Shown here in pieces: positions 1 through 17,999 of a DNA stretch of 64,000 bases. Source of the DNA: Piromyces finnis finn (lineage: Eukaryota; Fungi; Neocallimastigomycota); the NCBI GenBank assembly GCA_002104945.1, contig MCFH01000010.1:1139966-1203965 (forward strand), read 5' to 3'. The translations under genes and the position numbers were made by a program. Numbering within the stretch: the stretch's first letter is position 1; each line of letters opens with the position of its first letter. Below the pieces are notes generated by a model that was not told the origin of the DNA, ran no database searches, and worked only from the letters and a program-made list of their open reading frames with translations.

Positions 1-1328
1 TGTTCCTTCATTAGTACCAGATTGAATCTGACGCTTACAAAGTTCTTTCCATTCCCTTGAATTGTAATTGATATTGTTAAAACTTCTTCCCCCAAGAAGG
101 AATTTAAATATTTTACTGCACACACTAGAATAATCATACACATTAATATTCACCGGATTATTAGAACTATTACTATCATTAATTAAATTACTATCTAAAT
201 TAGAATTATTATCTTCACTATTGCTATCATTACTAGTATTATTATTTCTATAACTACTATTGTTATTATTACTATTTCTATTACTACTATTGTTATTATT
301 ACTATTGTTACTATTACTATTGTTATTACTACTATTGTTACTATTACTATTAATGTTATTGCTATCTCTACTGATATTATCAATTTCATTATTATTGATA
401 GGACTATTGGAATTACGTTGACTGAAAAAATTAAGTAGCTGGACTATGGAATCATAATGTTTAATACGGATATCTCTAAATGTTGGACAATCTAATAACC
501 AATGTTTAATACTTTGAACACCACACTTGCAACATGGACAGTAGTTAGGACAAACTGGATCAACAAATTTAGCAGCTTTGGCAACTCTAGCATCCAACTT
601 ATATCCGCTTCTTGCTTTCAATAGCCAGTAGAAGCCATAGGCAAACTCTGGGTATTCATAACATAATTTAATAAAATCTTTAGTTTCAATAAATTTATTA
701 TCATCATAATATTGCGCTTTGATTGAATTCCCTTTGAGATCTTTCCAATAAAAGTTTTTAACTGCTTTAACATCTCCATGTTTCTTTAGTTTTTTATCAA
801 GTGTCCTACTTGATTTGCACCACGTGTATTTTCTAAATTTAGGAATGTAATTGACAAGGTGTGAGATAATACAATTTGAGTTTTTCCATTTGTTAAAACA
901 TCTAACCTGAGCTAACGCACATTTGGCTGACAATGGAGGAATATTCAAATCTTTTGAGATAGAGTATAAAGATATAAACGATACAGCTTTATGAACTCCG
1001 GCAACCCATCGTATTCCTTTGTTAACATGCTTCTGAGCAATCCTAGACCTAGCTTTGTTGGATCCAAGTAATGGTGCAAAGTATGAAACTCTGCTAATCA
1101 CTTGAGAGTTAAGTACTAGTTTTTTGAAAGGAATAGGAATATTAGGATTTCTTAAGAATTTACTGACTGAGAAAAGTCCTTTCAAAACCTTGTTATTAAG
1201 AACTTTAATTACTGGTTTAAGGGACAAATTCTTATCAAATGGAACACCAAGATAAGTGTAGCAGTCAGTAGTTGGAATGGGTTGTCCTGCTAAGTAAAAT
1301 GTTGGATCTCTCTTGTTCTGATTTTCTA
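1..1328 (-). mobile_element. Non-LTR retrotransposon (LINE) copy 1, 5'-truncated; 3' end lies outside the window
   Basis: Reverse complement of the element at 38818-41404, covering the end of RT, the CCHC finger and the Asn-rich tract. Similarity stops abruptly after ...GTTCTGATTTTCTA at ~1328. Confidence 0.95.
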
Positions 1329-2064
1329 CTCTTGGAAACTAGAATAATTATACACATTTATTTTAAATTATTACAGTTATTATTAAACTCTATTAGAATT
1401 ATCATTTTCATTATTACCTCCCTAAATGTTAAAATATATTTTTTACTTTTATATAAAATTATCGTTATTTATTTAAACTCTCGCAATTAATGTTATAACA
1501 CCCACTTAAGTTTGAGAAAATATTTACTAAAATTTATCTTTCTTTTTAAAAAACTAAATTCCTCCATAATACATTCTTAATGTTTTAAAACAAATCTTTG
1601 CAATAAAACGATACAACCTACTAATAAAATATAATATTTCCTTATTTCTACTTTAATAATATAAAAATATTAATCTTAAAAACTCAAAAATATTCAAAAT
1701 TTACTTTTCTAAACCATTCTATTTTTTCTACTTCATTTTGTTTCATTATTCCAACTATGTTATATATTTTATTAATATATATTACCATTTCATTTCAAAA
1801 TAATCTTTTTTCATTCTAATTTAACCATTTTATAATACAAATTATTATTAAATAACATTTTCATTTAATAATATTGACTAACATATCAAAAACATGCTTA
1901 TTTGGATTCATTAATGTGTATCATAAACTCAATTTGATCCATATAAAAGTACATAATATACATATTGAAAATCTTTTATACTGATAAACTTAAATCCAAT
2001 ATTCTTTAATAATTAATAGTGAACAAAATTTGTTATTTTATTTATTTGTTTTAATAAATACAAC

Positions 2065-2792
2065 TTAAATTTCATCCTTAACAACGGTTCCCTATTTAAA
2101 TTATTATATATAGTATTTATATTATTATATTGTTTTATATAATAATATATTTAATTATATAATTTAATTACCTTTTCAGAGACGTAGATACCATCAAGGA
2201 ACTTACGGATATCCTTGTTCTTGACTAAGCAGGCTTGGTGGATGTTGGCAGCAGATTGAGAAACATTTTCAAGATCGTTACCAGAAATGATGATTTCATC
2301 CTTTTGAGCAGCAGAGTAAGCAGCTTCAACACCATCGAGCATGTTGACTCTACGGATGAGCTTTTCACCTAAGAAATTACGGATTTCAACTAATTTACCT
2401 TCATCAGTGATGTTAACGTTAATTGGAAAGTGAGCGCTTACTAATCTCATCTTGTATTCGTAACCCTATATTTAACAACAATGTTCACATTTAATTCTCA
2501 TTTTTATTTAAAAGTGATATTAAATAATTTATATATATACCTTGGTAACACCCTTCATGAGGTTTTCAATGTGAGTACAGACAGTACGGATGCAAGCAAC
2601 TTGCTTACGGTTACCGTGCCATAAGATAACTCTGAGCTTGTCAGCAGCAATACGCTTCATTTGGAAGTTAATGTGCTTGAAATCCTTGTAGAGGACACCA
2701 CGTGGACCCTTAACACGGACCTTACGGGCCTTAACATCAATGGTAACACCTTCTGGGATGGTAATATCTCTGGTCTGGCAGATTTGCTTCAT
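2065..2792 (-). CDS. RPL9: 60S ribosomal protein L9 (uL6), 3 coding exons: 2792-2541, 2465-2172, 2091-2065 (190 aa)
   Basis: Motifs [32 protein letters not shown] and [18 protein letters not shown]. The GT-AG introns 2540-2466 and 2171-2092 join the exons in frame to 573 nt. Codon bias is strong. An AG at 2807-2806 suggests a possible 5'UTR intron. Confidence 0.97.
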
Positions 2793-3073
2793 CTTTCTGT
2801 CAAGCCTATTTTATAATTTTATATAATATTGCGGTTAATTAACATATTCATCCATCCGTTTTAATTTCATAAAAATAATTCATTTTATTACTTTAAAAAT
2901 ATACATTATAATAATTTAAACATTTAATTCATCATAATAAAAAATATTCATTCATAATATACATAAAAAATCAACACACCTAATTAAAAAAACTTGATTA
3001 TAACTAAAAGAGAGAGAATAATTAGCTCTAGATGAATAACCATACATAAAGCAAAAGCTATTTCTAATCTATG

Positions 3074-3094
3074 ATTGGATATTTATTTGATTGG
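3074..3094 (-). promoter_or_regulatory. Tandem CCAAT boxes upstream of RPL9
   Basis: ATTGG at 3074-3078 and 3090-3094 (CCAAT on the RPL9 strand), ~290 bp upstream of the ATG in very AT-rich DNA. Function is inferred. Confidence 0.4.
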
Positions 3095-3856
3095 TCAATT
3101 TTTCACAAATAAATTTTGTATTTTTTGTATAATAGTATATTTTTTTATAGGAAAGAGTAATAATTAAGTTGTATACATTAAGGTTGTACTAAAAAATTTC
3201 TTAATATTTAATATAACATAACCCTTTATTTAAATTTAAAAAAATATATTGAAATTTTTTTAAGAAATTTTAATTCATATTAGTATTTTATTTTATTTTG
3301 TTTTATTATTAATAAAATAAAAATAATTCTATTGAAATAAGCACTCTTTTATATACAAATATAGAAAATATTTTTTAAATGATTATATATGTCTAAAATG
3401 GATCATCCATATTTTGAAAAATAGAAAAATAGAATTATGCAACTATAAAAATTTAAAATTATTTATAGTTTTATAATATAATAATAAATTTAATATATTT
3501 ATAATATTTTGCATTTTAGTTTTAAAAAATTCTTTTCTAATTTATATTTTATAGTTATTTTTAATTTAAAATAATAAAATGCATTTTAATAAAACAAATC
3601 AAGTGCTATATCAAAAAAATAAGATCAAAAAAAGAAAGGATCGATTAATATAATAAAAAAAATATTGTTAAAATTATTCAACAATAATTAATGGGAGGTA
3701 TTATTAAATTCAATAATTAATTAATCAAAAAATAATAATGGAATTCATAAAATCATAGTTAATTAATTAGCAGCAATAGTAATTTAAATATATTTTTAAT
3801 TTCTACTTTAAAAGGGATATAAACATAATGAAATAAAAGGAATTTTGCATAAATTA

Positions 3857-3898
3857 TTGCTATTTGATTTAAGATAATTATCTTAAATCAAATAGCAA
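3857..3898. repeat. Perfect 42-bp palindrome
   Basis: TTGCTATTTGATTTAAGATAA|TTATCTTAAATCAAATAGCAA, with 21-bp arms and no spacer. Confidence 0.95.
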
Positions 3899-4100
3899 AA
3901 GAATTAAAATAGAAATAAAAACAATAATTTTTGCATAAATTTATACATTTTATATAAATCAATTCTTTCAAAATGCGATTTTGGAAAACAATTTTTCGCC
4001 ATTATAATAGATTAGTAATATTTTTTAATAAAATATAGAAATTAATTAATTAGATTAATAAATAATCAAAAGAACAAAAATAGAGAGAGATATAAAGTTT

Positions 4101-4135
<35 letters not shown>

Positions 4136-4551
4136 AAGAAATTATTGTTTAATACAATTTATATTTAAATATATATTTTTTTAAATTTATGACATTAAAA
4201 TGATTTTAAAAAAGTTATAAATAAGTATTTAGTAATATATTATGAAATTGATAGAATTAAAATACATTGGCATTTAATGAATTTTAAATAAATATATATA
4301 ATATTAATCTATTCATTATAACAAATTATAAGAAAATTAATATAAATAATTAAATTAAGTTATTTTATAATAAAATAAATAAATAAATAAATAAAAATAA
4401 TAAACTAATTCTTATAACATTTATAACATATATGTATATATAATAAAATGAAATATAATAATAAGCATTAAATAAATATTCATATTTTTGTTAATACATT
4501 ATATTATTATATAAATCTATACATCTCTAATTGTTCTATTGCAAGTTTTAT

Positions 4552-10654
<6,103 letters not shown>

Positions 10655-11895
10655 TATAATTGTCGACAATGATATCGATTAATTTGAATAAGAAATAAGT
10701 AAATAATTTTTAATATAAAGTTAAAAATGCTTATACTTTTAAATTATTTAATATTGTTTTTTAAAAAAATAATAAATTGAATATTCTTTAATATAGTTGA
10801 ATTCATAAAGTTATTAAATAACGATTGCAATTTCGAAATTTTTAAAATACTATTAAACATATTTTAAATTCAATATTGCGTTTTTAGATTATATATAAAA
10901 ATTAAATATTATTAGATGTATCTACATATATAAAATTTAATAAATTTTGAATTATATTTATACTTTATAAATGAATTTATTTAAAAATAAAATAAGTTTT
11001 AAAGAAAAATTCATCTATATATATCATGAAATTATCAATAAACTTTTTTATTTAATTAAGCATTAATTATAAATTATAGTTATAATCTAATAAAAATAAT
11101 ATTTATATATAATTGATATATTACCATTATAACATAATAAATTTTGTGTTACTCTAAAAATAACATAAAAAATCTTTTTTTTTATTTTGTAGTATATTCT
11201 TATATATAATCATTATATAATAGTTTTTAAAATGAAAGTCATAAAGTACTCCAAAATTGTTAAATATTACAAATTAAAATTATAATTTTTACTCTTTAAA
11301 CAATTTATATTCATATAAGTAATATGGAGAAAAAATAATGACATATAACATTTCTATATTTTATTTTTAATATATTTATATAAGATGTTTATGTATCTTT
11401 GTTTTTATTTATTGATAATATTTTCGTTTATTATTTCTATTTGGAAAATCAATAATACATAAATAAAACTTTTTAAATTTATATATATATTATATTAAAA
11501 TGTATTAATACAATATAAAAATTATTTATCTGAAATAATTTCTTTTATATATAAAAATTTAAATTTAAGATAAGAAATAATTAATCTGCATCATCTTATT
11601 TTATTTTTTTTTTATTTTTTATATATAAAGATGAGTAGTTGGAATTCAGTTTTTCGAATAATTTAATAGTAAATCTATAAAAACAAAAAAAAAAAAAAAA
11701 ACACTTAATAATTCGTTTATATTAGATTTTTATTTAAAATATTTCATTTTGTATAAATATTATACAATAATTTAACTTTCACAAATTTGAGATTAACATC
11801 TTAATAATTATTATTTAAGTATATTAAAATAAATTTAAATAAAATTCTTGTTAAACTTTAAATTTCTACATCTTTTATTACAGATTATTTTAATT

Positions 11896-12434
11896 ATTAA
11901 TTTAAAAATGTCGTTCCAGTTTCTATCCTGGTTGTTAAGACCCCCGCCATTGACAGTTCTTTAGTGATTTTCCTGTTTCAGGTTTGCGCTTAAAATATAG
12001 GGGTTAAAGGTCAATTCAGGTAAGTATAACTATACCACCGGACTCTACCCTAAGCAGTTAATTCAGATTGGTAGTTTTCTCCGTATCAAGCGGTTTTCCC
12101 ACTGAAGTTTAGAGTATATGTAGGAAGGGGTATCAATTAATTCACAGATTACTAACTATGGTCTTTGAGGGTTGTTCTCATCGTTAATCATCCTTCGCCA
12201 ATAAAGGTTCAGGAGATCACTGGTGTTGGTAGCTCGGTCTTTGTGTGATAGGATCGTTAAGAGCAATAAGCCATTCCATATTAGCCCTGCCCGGAGGGAT
12301 GATTGTGCCGACGTCGTTCTGATATGGCAATGTACAATAATGTACAATCACATACCATATATAACTCAGGGGGTTAGATGAGGATATATGGAAGTCTAAA
12401 AAAAAAAAAAAAAAAAAAAAATTAATTTAAAAAT
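11896..12434 (+). mobile_element. Retroposed non-coding element (SINE-like, unknown LINE 3'UTR or ncRNA retrocopy): body 11910-12397, poly(A) 12398-12420, TSD ATTAATTTAAAAAT
   Basis: About 41% GC island in far more AT-rich flanks, followed by A23. An identical 14-mer flanks it at 11896-11909 and 12421-12434. There is no substantial plus-strand ORF. Confidence 0.8.
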
Positions 12435-15400
12435 AAGTCGTTTTTGGATAAAAATTTTTTTAAATAAAATTAATATTTTAATTTTAAAATTTCTATATAT
12501 TAAAATATATTAAAATTTTATAAATTAATCAGATATTAATTTCATTTTAAATTTCAAAATTAAAATTTTTAAAGTTTTTTTTTTCATTTAAATAATTATT
12601 TAAATATTTATAATTAAAAAGGTTAGAATATACAAATAAGTTATTTTAATTTTAATAAAAAAAATAAAAATCATTGTTCTTTTTAATTGCTGTATATAAA
12701 CTCCATTAAAAAATCAGATATATATAAATAGAAAGTTGATATTATATTATTAATAAATTTACAAAAAAAAATTACAATAATAAGAAAATACTATGAAAAA
12801 CTTTATGTACAAAAATATTAATGAATAAAAACTTCAAGATTTCATATTTGTTATACATTTTATAATATTTATAATCCTAAGATGTAATAAATGATAGAAA
12901 TATATTTTATAACAATTTAATTTATTGTATTAATAGAAATATACTTTTAATAAGAAGACTTATAATCTAATCTTTTAAAATAAAAAGGTAAAGTTTCTTT
13001 TAAATAATTAGTTAAAAGCCAATAATATTATTATTTTTTAATTTTCAGCTTATTTTAATTTTAATTTTATTTATTATTTATTTATTCCATAATAAAATAT
13101 AGTTGATAAACATTAAAATACTCAAAAATTAAAAACGACAAGCCACAAATATTAATATATAATAAAAGAAATAGAAGTGCTACATTAATAGTTATTTATA
13201 TTATTTCTGTAAATATATAAAGGTTAGAATTTTTATTATAAATAATATTTATTTTGATATTTGTGATAATAAGATTAATAATTTTTTTTATCTATATTTA
13301 TAATCATAATTGTTTGTAACTCTTTAATAGTATCTATTTTGATGAAATAATAATTAATAATAACCGATATTGCAAGAAGATAAAAAAAATTTTATTAAGA
13401 GTAAAACTAATCAACCAACCTGCATGTATGTCAAAAATGCTTGAATTTCATTTTAAAAGTTATTTTTTTTTTAATATCAAGATCAAGATAACCATTTTAT
13501 GTAGTTCACCATGTTATAATTTTTTAGATAATTTTAATTTTTTATTTTTTAAGACAATATTCTATTTGAAAAATACAGAAAAAAAAACCTAAATACTTTT
13601 TTTTAAATTATTCAATTAAATTGTTGGCTAATTTATATATTTAGATAAACCTTTTTTTAATAATATTTAATATTTATATATTTTTTTTTAAATAAAATAC
13701 TTAATACTACTACTAAGTTTATAAGTTTATTCTTTAAAAATTTCTTTTATAGATGTATATATTTTTTAAAATAATTTAAAATTTTACTTTTTTTTGTAAT
13801 ACCTTTTAAATAAAAATGGAAAAATATGTAAATTAAGATATATTATGAATTAAAATATATTAAAATATCTAAAAATATAAACTCTCCAAAATTTAAATTT
13901 AATATTAAATTAAAATTTAATTATTTGAGGCTTTATATCTAATGTATTTTGTTTTTGTATAAATATTTTTTATGAAACATATAATAATTGAAAAATATTA
14001 GTATCCATAAATAACCATTTATGGATGAAAAATCTTAAAATATCAATATATAGATATATTAAAATTTAATATTCTTCTATTCTTTTTATATAAAAGGTAT
14101 TAGTTTATAGAGTGAACCAATCATTTAATTATGTTTTATATATTGAATTTGTTACCTATTGGATTTATTTTTTCTTTCATTTTACTGTTTATATATAAAC
14201 TATCCAATAATACTTAAATATTTCTCTTTTTCCAATCATCTTTATTACAAAAACATTATAATAATCTATATAAATTATATTAAATCAGATAATCAACTTT
14301 AAATTTATTAATAATATATGGTATTAACTTTAATATATACTTTAAGTAGTATGTTTTTTTCTTTCATTAATATGTTTTTTATAATATAGTAATTTTTAAC
14401 TCAATAATAGAATATAGTTTTTATTTTTATTAGTATGATGTATTTTCATTTATAATAATTATCACTGCTATTTATTATAAATGTTTTATAATATTTGAAA
14501 AAATCGATAGAGTTATTGTTTTTTCTTATATATAAATTTTATTTTTTTTACATTAATTGTTAATATTTATGTATATTATATTGTTAAATATTATAAAACT
14601 ATAAAATTTTTAATATATATGAATTGTTTAAATTTAAACAGAATATATTAAAATTGACTGGATCTAATATATTAATATCAACTGGCTTTGATATATTAAT
14701 AAACAATATACATTAAAGTTTATATTATTATATATTACTCACTACTATTTTAATATAATAATTTAATTTATAATATTTTCCAAAAAAAAAAAAAAAATTA
14801 TCTATTCCATATATTATTTAAATTCAATTTATAAATATATAATGACTTGTTTTCCTCAAAAAAATAAAATTTTTTTTCTTTTAAACCTTTTTACCTTTTT
14901 TATTATTATTTAGTATTGTCTTAGTTATAAAAAAATAAGTATATAGGGAATAGAGAAGTAAAGAAAGGCGATTTAATAGTTTTAATAACATAAAATTTAT
15001 TTTATACTTAATAAAATAAATTAAAATATATAGATATATTTAAATTTAAATTGAAAATAATAGAATACATAAGTAGGATTTAATAAAGGTGGATATAGAA
15101 TAATTATAACTAGTGAATAAAGTAAAAATTATAATAGCAATAATATAGTAAATAAAAATATTATAATTTAATATAATTTAAATTCATAAGAATATTTTTT
15201 AAAAATAAAACCAATCAAAACAAAAAGTGAAACTTGTAGTTATAAACGTTGCCAAAAACTGAACTAAAGATTTATCTAATTTGTGTTTAATCGATATTAA
15301 ATTAAGGCTTGAATTTTGTAAATAAGAAGGTCTTGTAAAGAGCTTAATCTTATTAAAAGGTTAATATTAAATTTTGATATATATAATGTTTTTAAATTAT

Positions 15401-15794
15401 ATAGTTATGATATATTAATGCTTATATGAAAGAATATTGTTGAAAAATTAATATTTGATTAAAATTGTTATTTTTTAAAAATTTTAATATTAAAATGAAT
15501 GTGTATAAATCAACTTTATAGAGAGGATTTATGCATCTTTTTCTATAAAAATATATTTTTAATACTAACTATTATTTTATGTTATTATATAAATCCGTAT
15601 TTAGAAAAAAAGACAATAAAGCAACAAATAAAATCTAATGAAATAAAAACATAATATTTTATATGCATATTAATTTACAACTTTAGTATAATTTAATTTT
15701 ATTATTTATTTATTCAATAGAAACAATCAATAAGTATATATTTAGTTTTTTTTATCAATTGGGATAATTTAATTATTTTAAAAAATAATGCATC

Positions 15795-17999
15795 ATGCCT
15801 ATAATAAATAATCAAACTGATGAATGGCAAATTCAAGGTTCAAAAAGAAAGAAGAATAATCAAAGAAAAACTAAGAAAAATCAAAAATATTTATCAAAAG
15901 ATCAAATAGTAAATAAAAGTAAACGTGAAAATGCATGTTATTATCAGAACACAAAAAAGAGTAAAGATCAAAATGGAAATAAGAATAAGAGTGGTAAGAG
16001 AAGTAATAAATTTGATAACAAAATAAAAAAACAAAATAGAGAAAAAGATAATATTCTTGATTCTATTCCAATAGAAAGAAATAAGAATTTAAATATAATA
16101 AAATCAACATCTCTTTTAAAAATTCAAATAGAGCAAAAACAAAATTGTGAGAAAGATGTTTCATTAGATTTAAAATCAAAAGATTTATTGCTTCCAAAAA
16201 AGACTATTTCTGAAATGTCAGATGTTACAGCTGTATCTATTACTTCATTAGCGTCAGATTCAAATTCTATTACATCATCTACATTAACTCAAACAAATAG
16301 TTTGAAAGATAATATTGTTGAACATAGTCAGGATGCTGAGGTAATTGAAAAAAATAATTCAACAAAGAATAAATATTCAGAAACAACTTTATTAAAAAAA
16401 TGTTTTAATACTGAGAAGGTTGAAGTAGCTGATGCTGATTTAAAAACTGAAAATTCCAAAGATAATGAAGAATCAAAGGAAAAAGAATTGCCAAAGAATA
16501 GTAAAGAAATTCAAAGTGTTGAAGAAGTTAAAAAATTAGAAGATCAATGTTCGGTATCTTCTTCTTCATCTGTAACTAGTTTTGACTCAAGTACTTCTTC
16601 GAAATCAAGTAATAATCATTATGGTGATGACAATGAATCAGTTATTACAGCAAAAAATGATGCAGAGGATTTAAAAATAACAGAAAATAAGAATAAGGAA
16701 ATAGCAAAGAATTCAGAAGAAAAGAAAGTAGATAATAAAAAGGATGATATGACAAAAAAAGTTTTGGAATTTAATTTCAAAAATTATACGGATGTTCAAC
16801 CATTTATTCCAAAACATTTAAAAGCTCAAAAAGAACAAGTAAAAGTAGAAATAGTTGCACCAAAACCACAAAATGCAAAACAAAATACTAATACAAAAGG
16901 GATTATTGAAAGAAAACATGATAATGAAAGCATAACATCAAAAAGAAAGACTAAGGAAATTAATAAAATCATTAGAATCGATCCATCTTGTTTACATCAA
17001 AAGGATGGACATATTGTTCCAATAGCTGCAGTAATGAAGAATGGTAAGAACTTCAATAGTAATAATGTTCAAGAAATTCTTCAAAGAAATATACAACAAA
17101 AGACTAATGAATTACAGGAAAGTAAAAAGAAAAAATATGAAGAATTAAGAAAATTATTAGATCGTAGTGATAAAGATAAAAACAATAAAGGTACTCAAAG
17201 TTATCAATCTTTACCTGTAAGTGAGAACAACACTAATAATGGTATCAAAAAAGAAGTTACTGAAAAACCTCAGGTAAGAAAAATAATGAGTAATTCAGTA
17301 TTGGAGGTCTCTAGTACTAATAAAATCAAAAAAGTGCATCAAAGAACCTCCTCTTATACCATGAATCGCATGAATTCAATGCAAAAGAATATACCAAATC
17401 TTGTTGAAAGCAAGGATGATTACTTATGTAGTGTAATTTCACCATTAGCAGTAAGCAATAGAATTGAGAATGAATATAATAATGTTAAATGCTATAATGA
17501 TCCAATGGAACAAAGTTTAACAAGAGTAAAACCAGCTAGTATTAAAAGATCTAGATCTGTTCAAAATATTACAACCCTTTCAAGAAAGGGATCTAATCAT
17601 CAACTTTTATTGGGCGGAAATGGAAGTATGACAGTGACAAATACAATAACAACCTGCAAAACTACACCAAGATTACGTTCATCCAAATCATTTTCGTTAT
17701 TAAGGAGAGTACGTAGTGGTTTAGAAAATACACATGTTACAACCATTAATACAACCACCACAACTTCTCATTCTAGTACATTATATACCAATTTAGTTGG
17801 TTCTTCATCTTATTATCCAATTGTTGTTTTACCAACTGCAAGTGTACAGGAAATGTCTGTTGAAACTACTACAAGAAAATTAAGAACTTCAAATAGTTTA
17901 CCAAATATGATGGGCAAATTAATTAGAAAGTTGGCTTGGCCATTTGGTGGAAGTAATCTTGAGTCAGAAGTTCCATTATCCGTTGAATCTGCAAAATAA
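15795..17999 (+). CDS. Hypothetical 734-aa single-exon, K/N/S/T-rich, probably disordered protein
   Basis: Long uninterrupted ORF with GC above the flanks. No domain was recognised. Confidence 0.75.
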   Translation: MPIINNQTDEWQIQGSKRKKNNQRKTKKNQKYLSKDQIVNKSKRENACYYQNTKKSKDQNGNKNKSGKRSNKFDNKIKKQNREKDNILDSIPIERNKNLNIIKSTSLLKIQIEQKQNCEKDVSLDLKSKDLLLPKKTISEMSDVTAVSITSLASDSNSITSSTLTQTNSLKDNIVEHSQDAEVIEKNNSTKNKYSETTLLKKCFNTEKVEVADADLKTENSKDNEESKEKELPKNSKEIQSVEEVKKLEDQCSVSSSSSVTSFDSSTSSKSSNNHYGDDNESVITAKNDAEDLKITENKNKEIAKNSEEKKVDNKKDDMTKKVLEFNFKNYTDVQPFIPKHLKAQKEQVKVEIVAPKPQNAKQNTNTKGIIERKHDNESITSKRKTKEINKIIRIDPSCLHQKDGHIVPIAAVMKNGKNFNSNNVQEILQRNIQQKTNELQESKKKKYEELRKLLDRSDKDKNNKGTQSYQSLPVSENNTNNGIKKEVTEKPQVRKIMSNSVLEVSSTNKIKKVHQRTSSYTMNRMNSMQKNIPNLVESKDDYLCSVISPLAVSNRIENEYNNVKCYNDPMEQSLTRVKPASIKRSRSVQNITTLSRKGSNHQLLLGGNGSMTVTNTITTCKTTPRLRSSKSFSLLRRVRSGLENTHVTTINTTTTTSHSSTLYTNLVGSSSYYPIVVLPTASVQEMSVETTTRKLRTSNSLPNMMGKLIRKLAWPFGGSNLESEVPLSVESAK

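Noticed and set aside
195-389. Hydrophobic Ile/Val-rich 64-aa ORF (also 54011-54231)
   Set aside because: These are alternative-frame or antisense readings of the LINE Asn tract.
11910-12027. U1 snRNA on the minus strand (starts ATACTTACCTG)
   Set aside because: There is no AUUGCAC U1A loop, no correctly placed U1-70K loop and no Sm site within the element. The poly(A)/TSD polarity indicates the plus strand is the transcript.
12180-12397. Group I intron core, or twister/hammerhead ribozyme, in the GC island
   Set aside because: Only partial look-alikes are present (GTTCAGGAGA; AGCCC...GGAGGG). There is no P7 GACUA/UAGUC pairing, no CUGANGA/GAAA core and no twister loop consensus.
16760-16812. 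PAM2-like motif (DVQPFIP) in the 734-aa protein
   Set aside because: It lacks the conserved Leu3 and Ala7.
17271-17314. Cryptic intron in the 734-aa ORF (CAG|GTAAGA at 17274)
   Set aside because: The frame is open through it, the nearby acceptors give implausibly short introns, and no branch point is evident.
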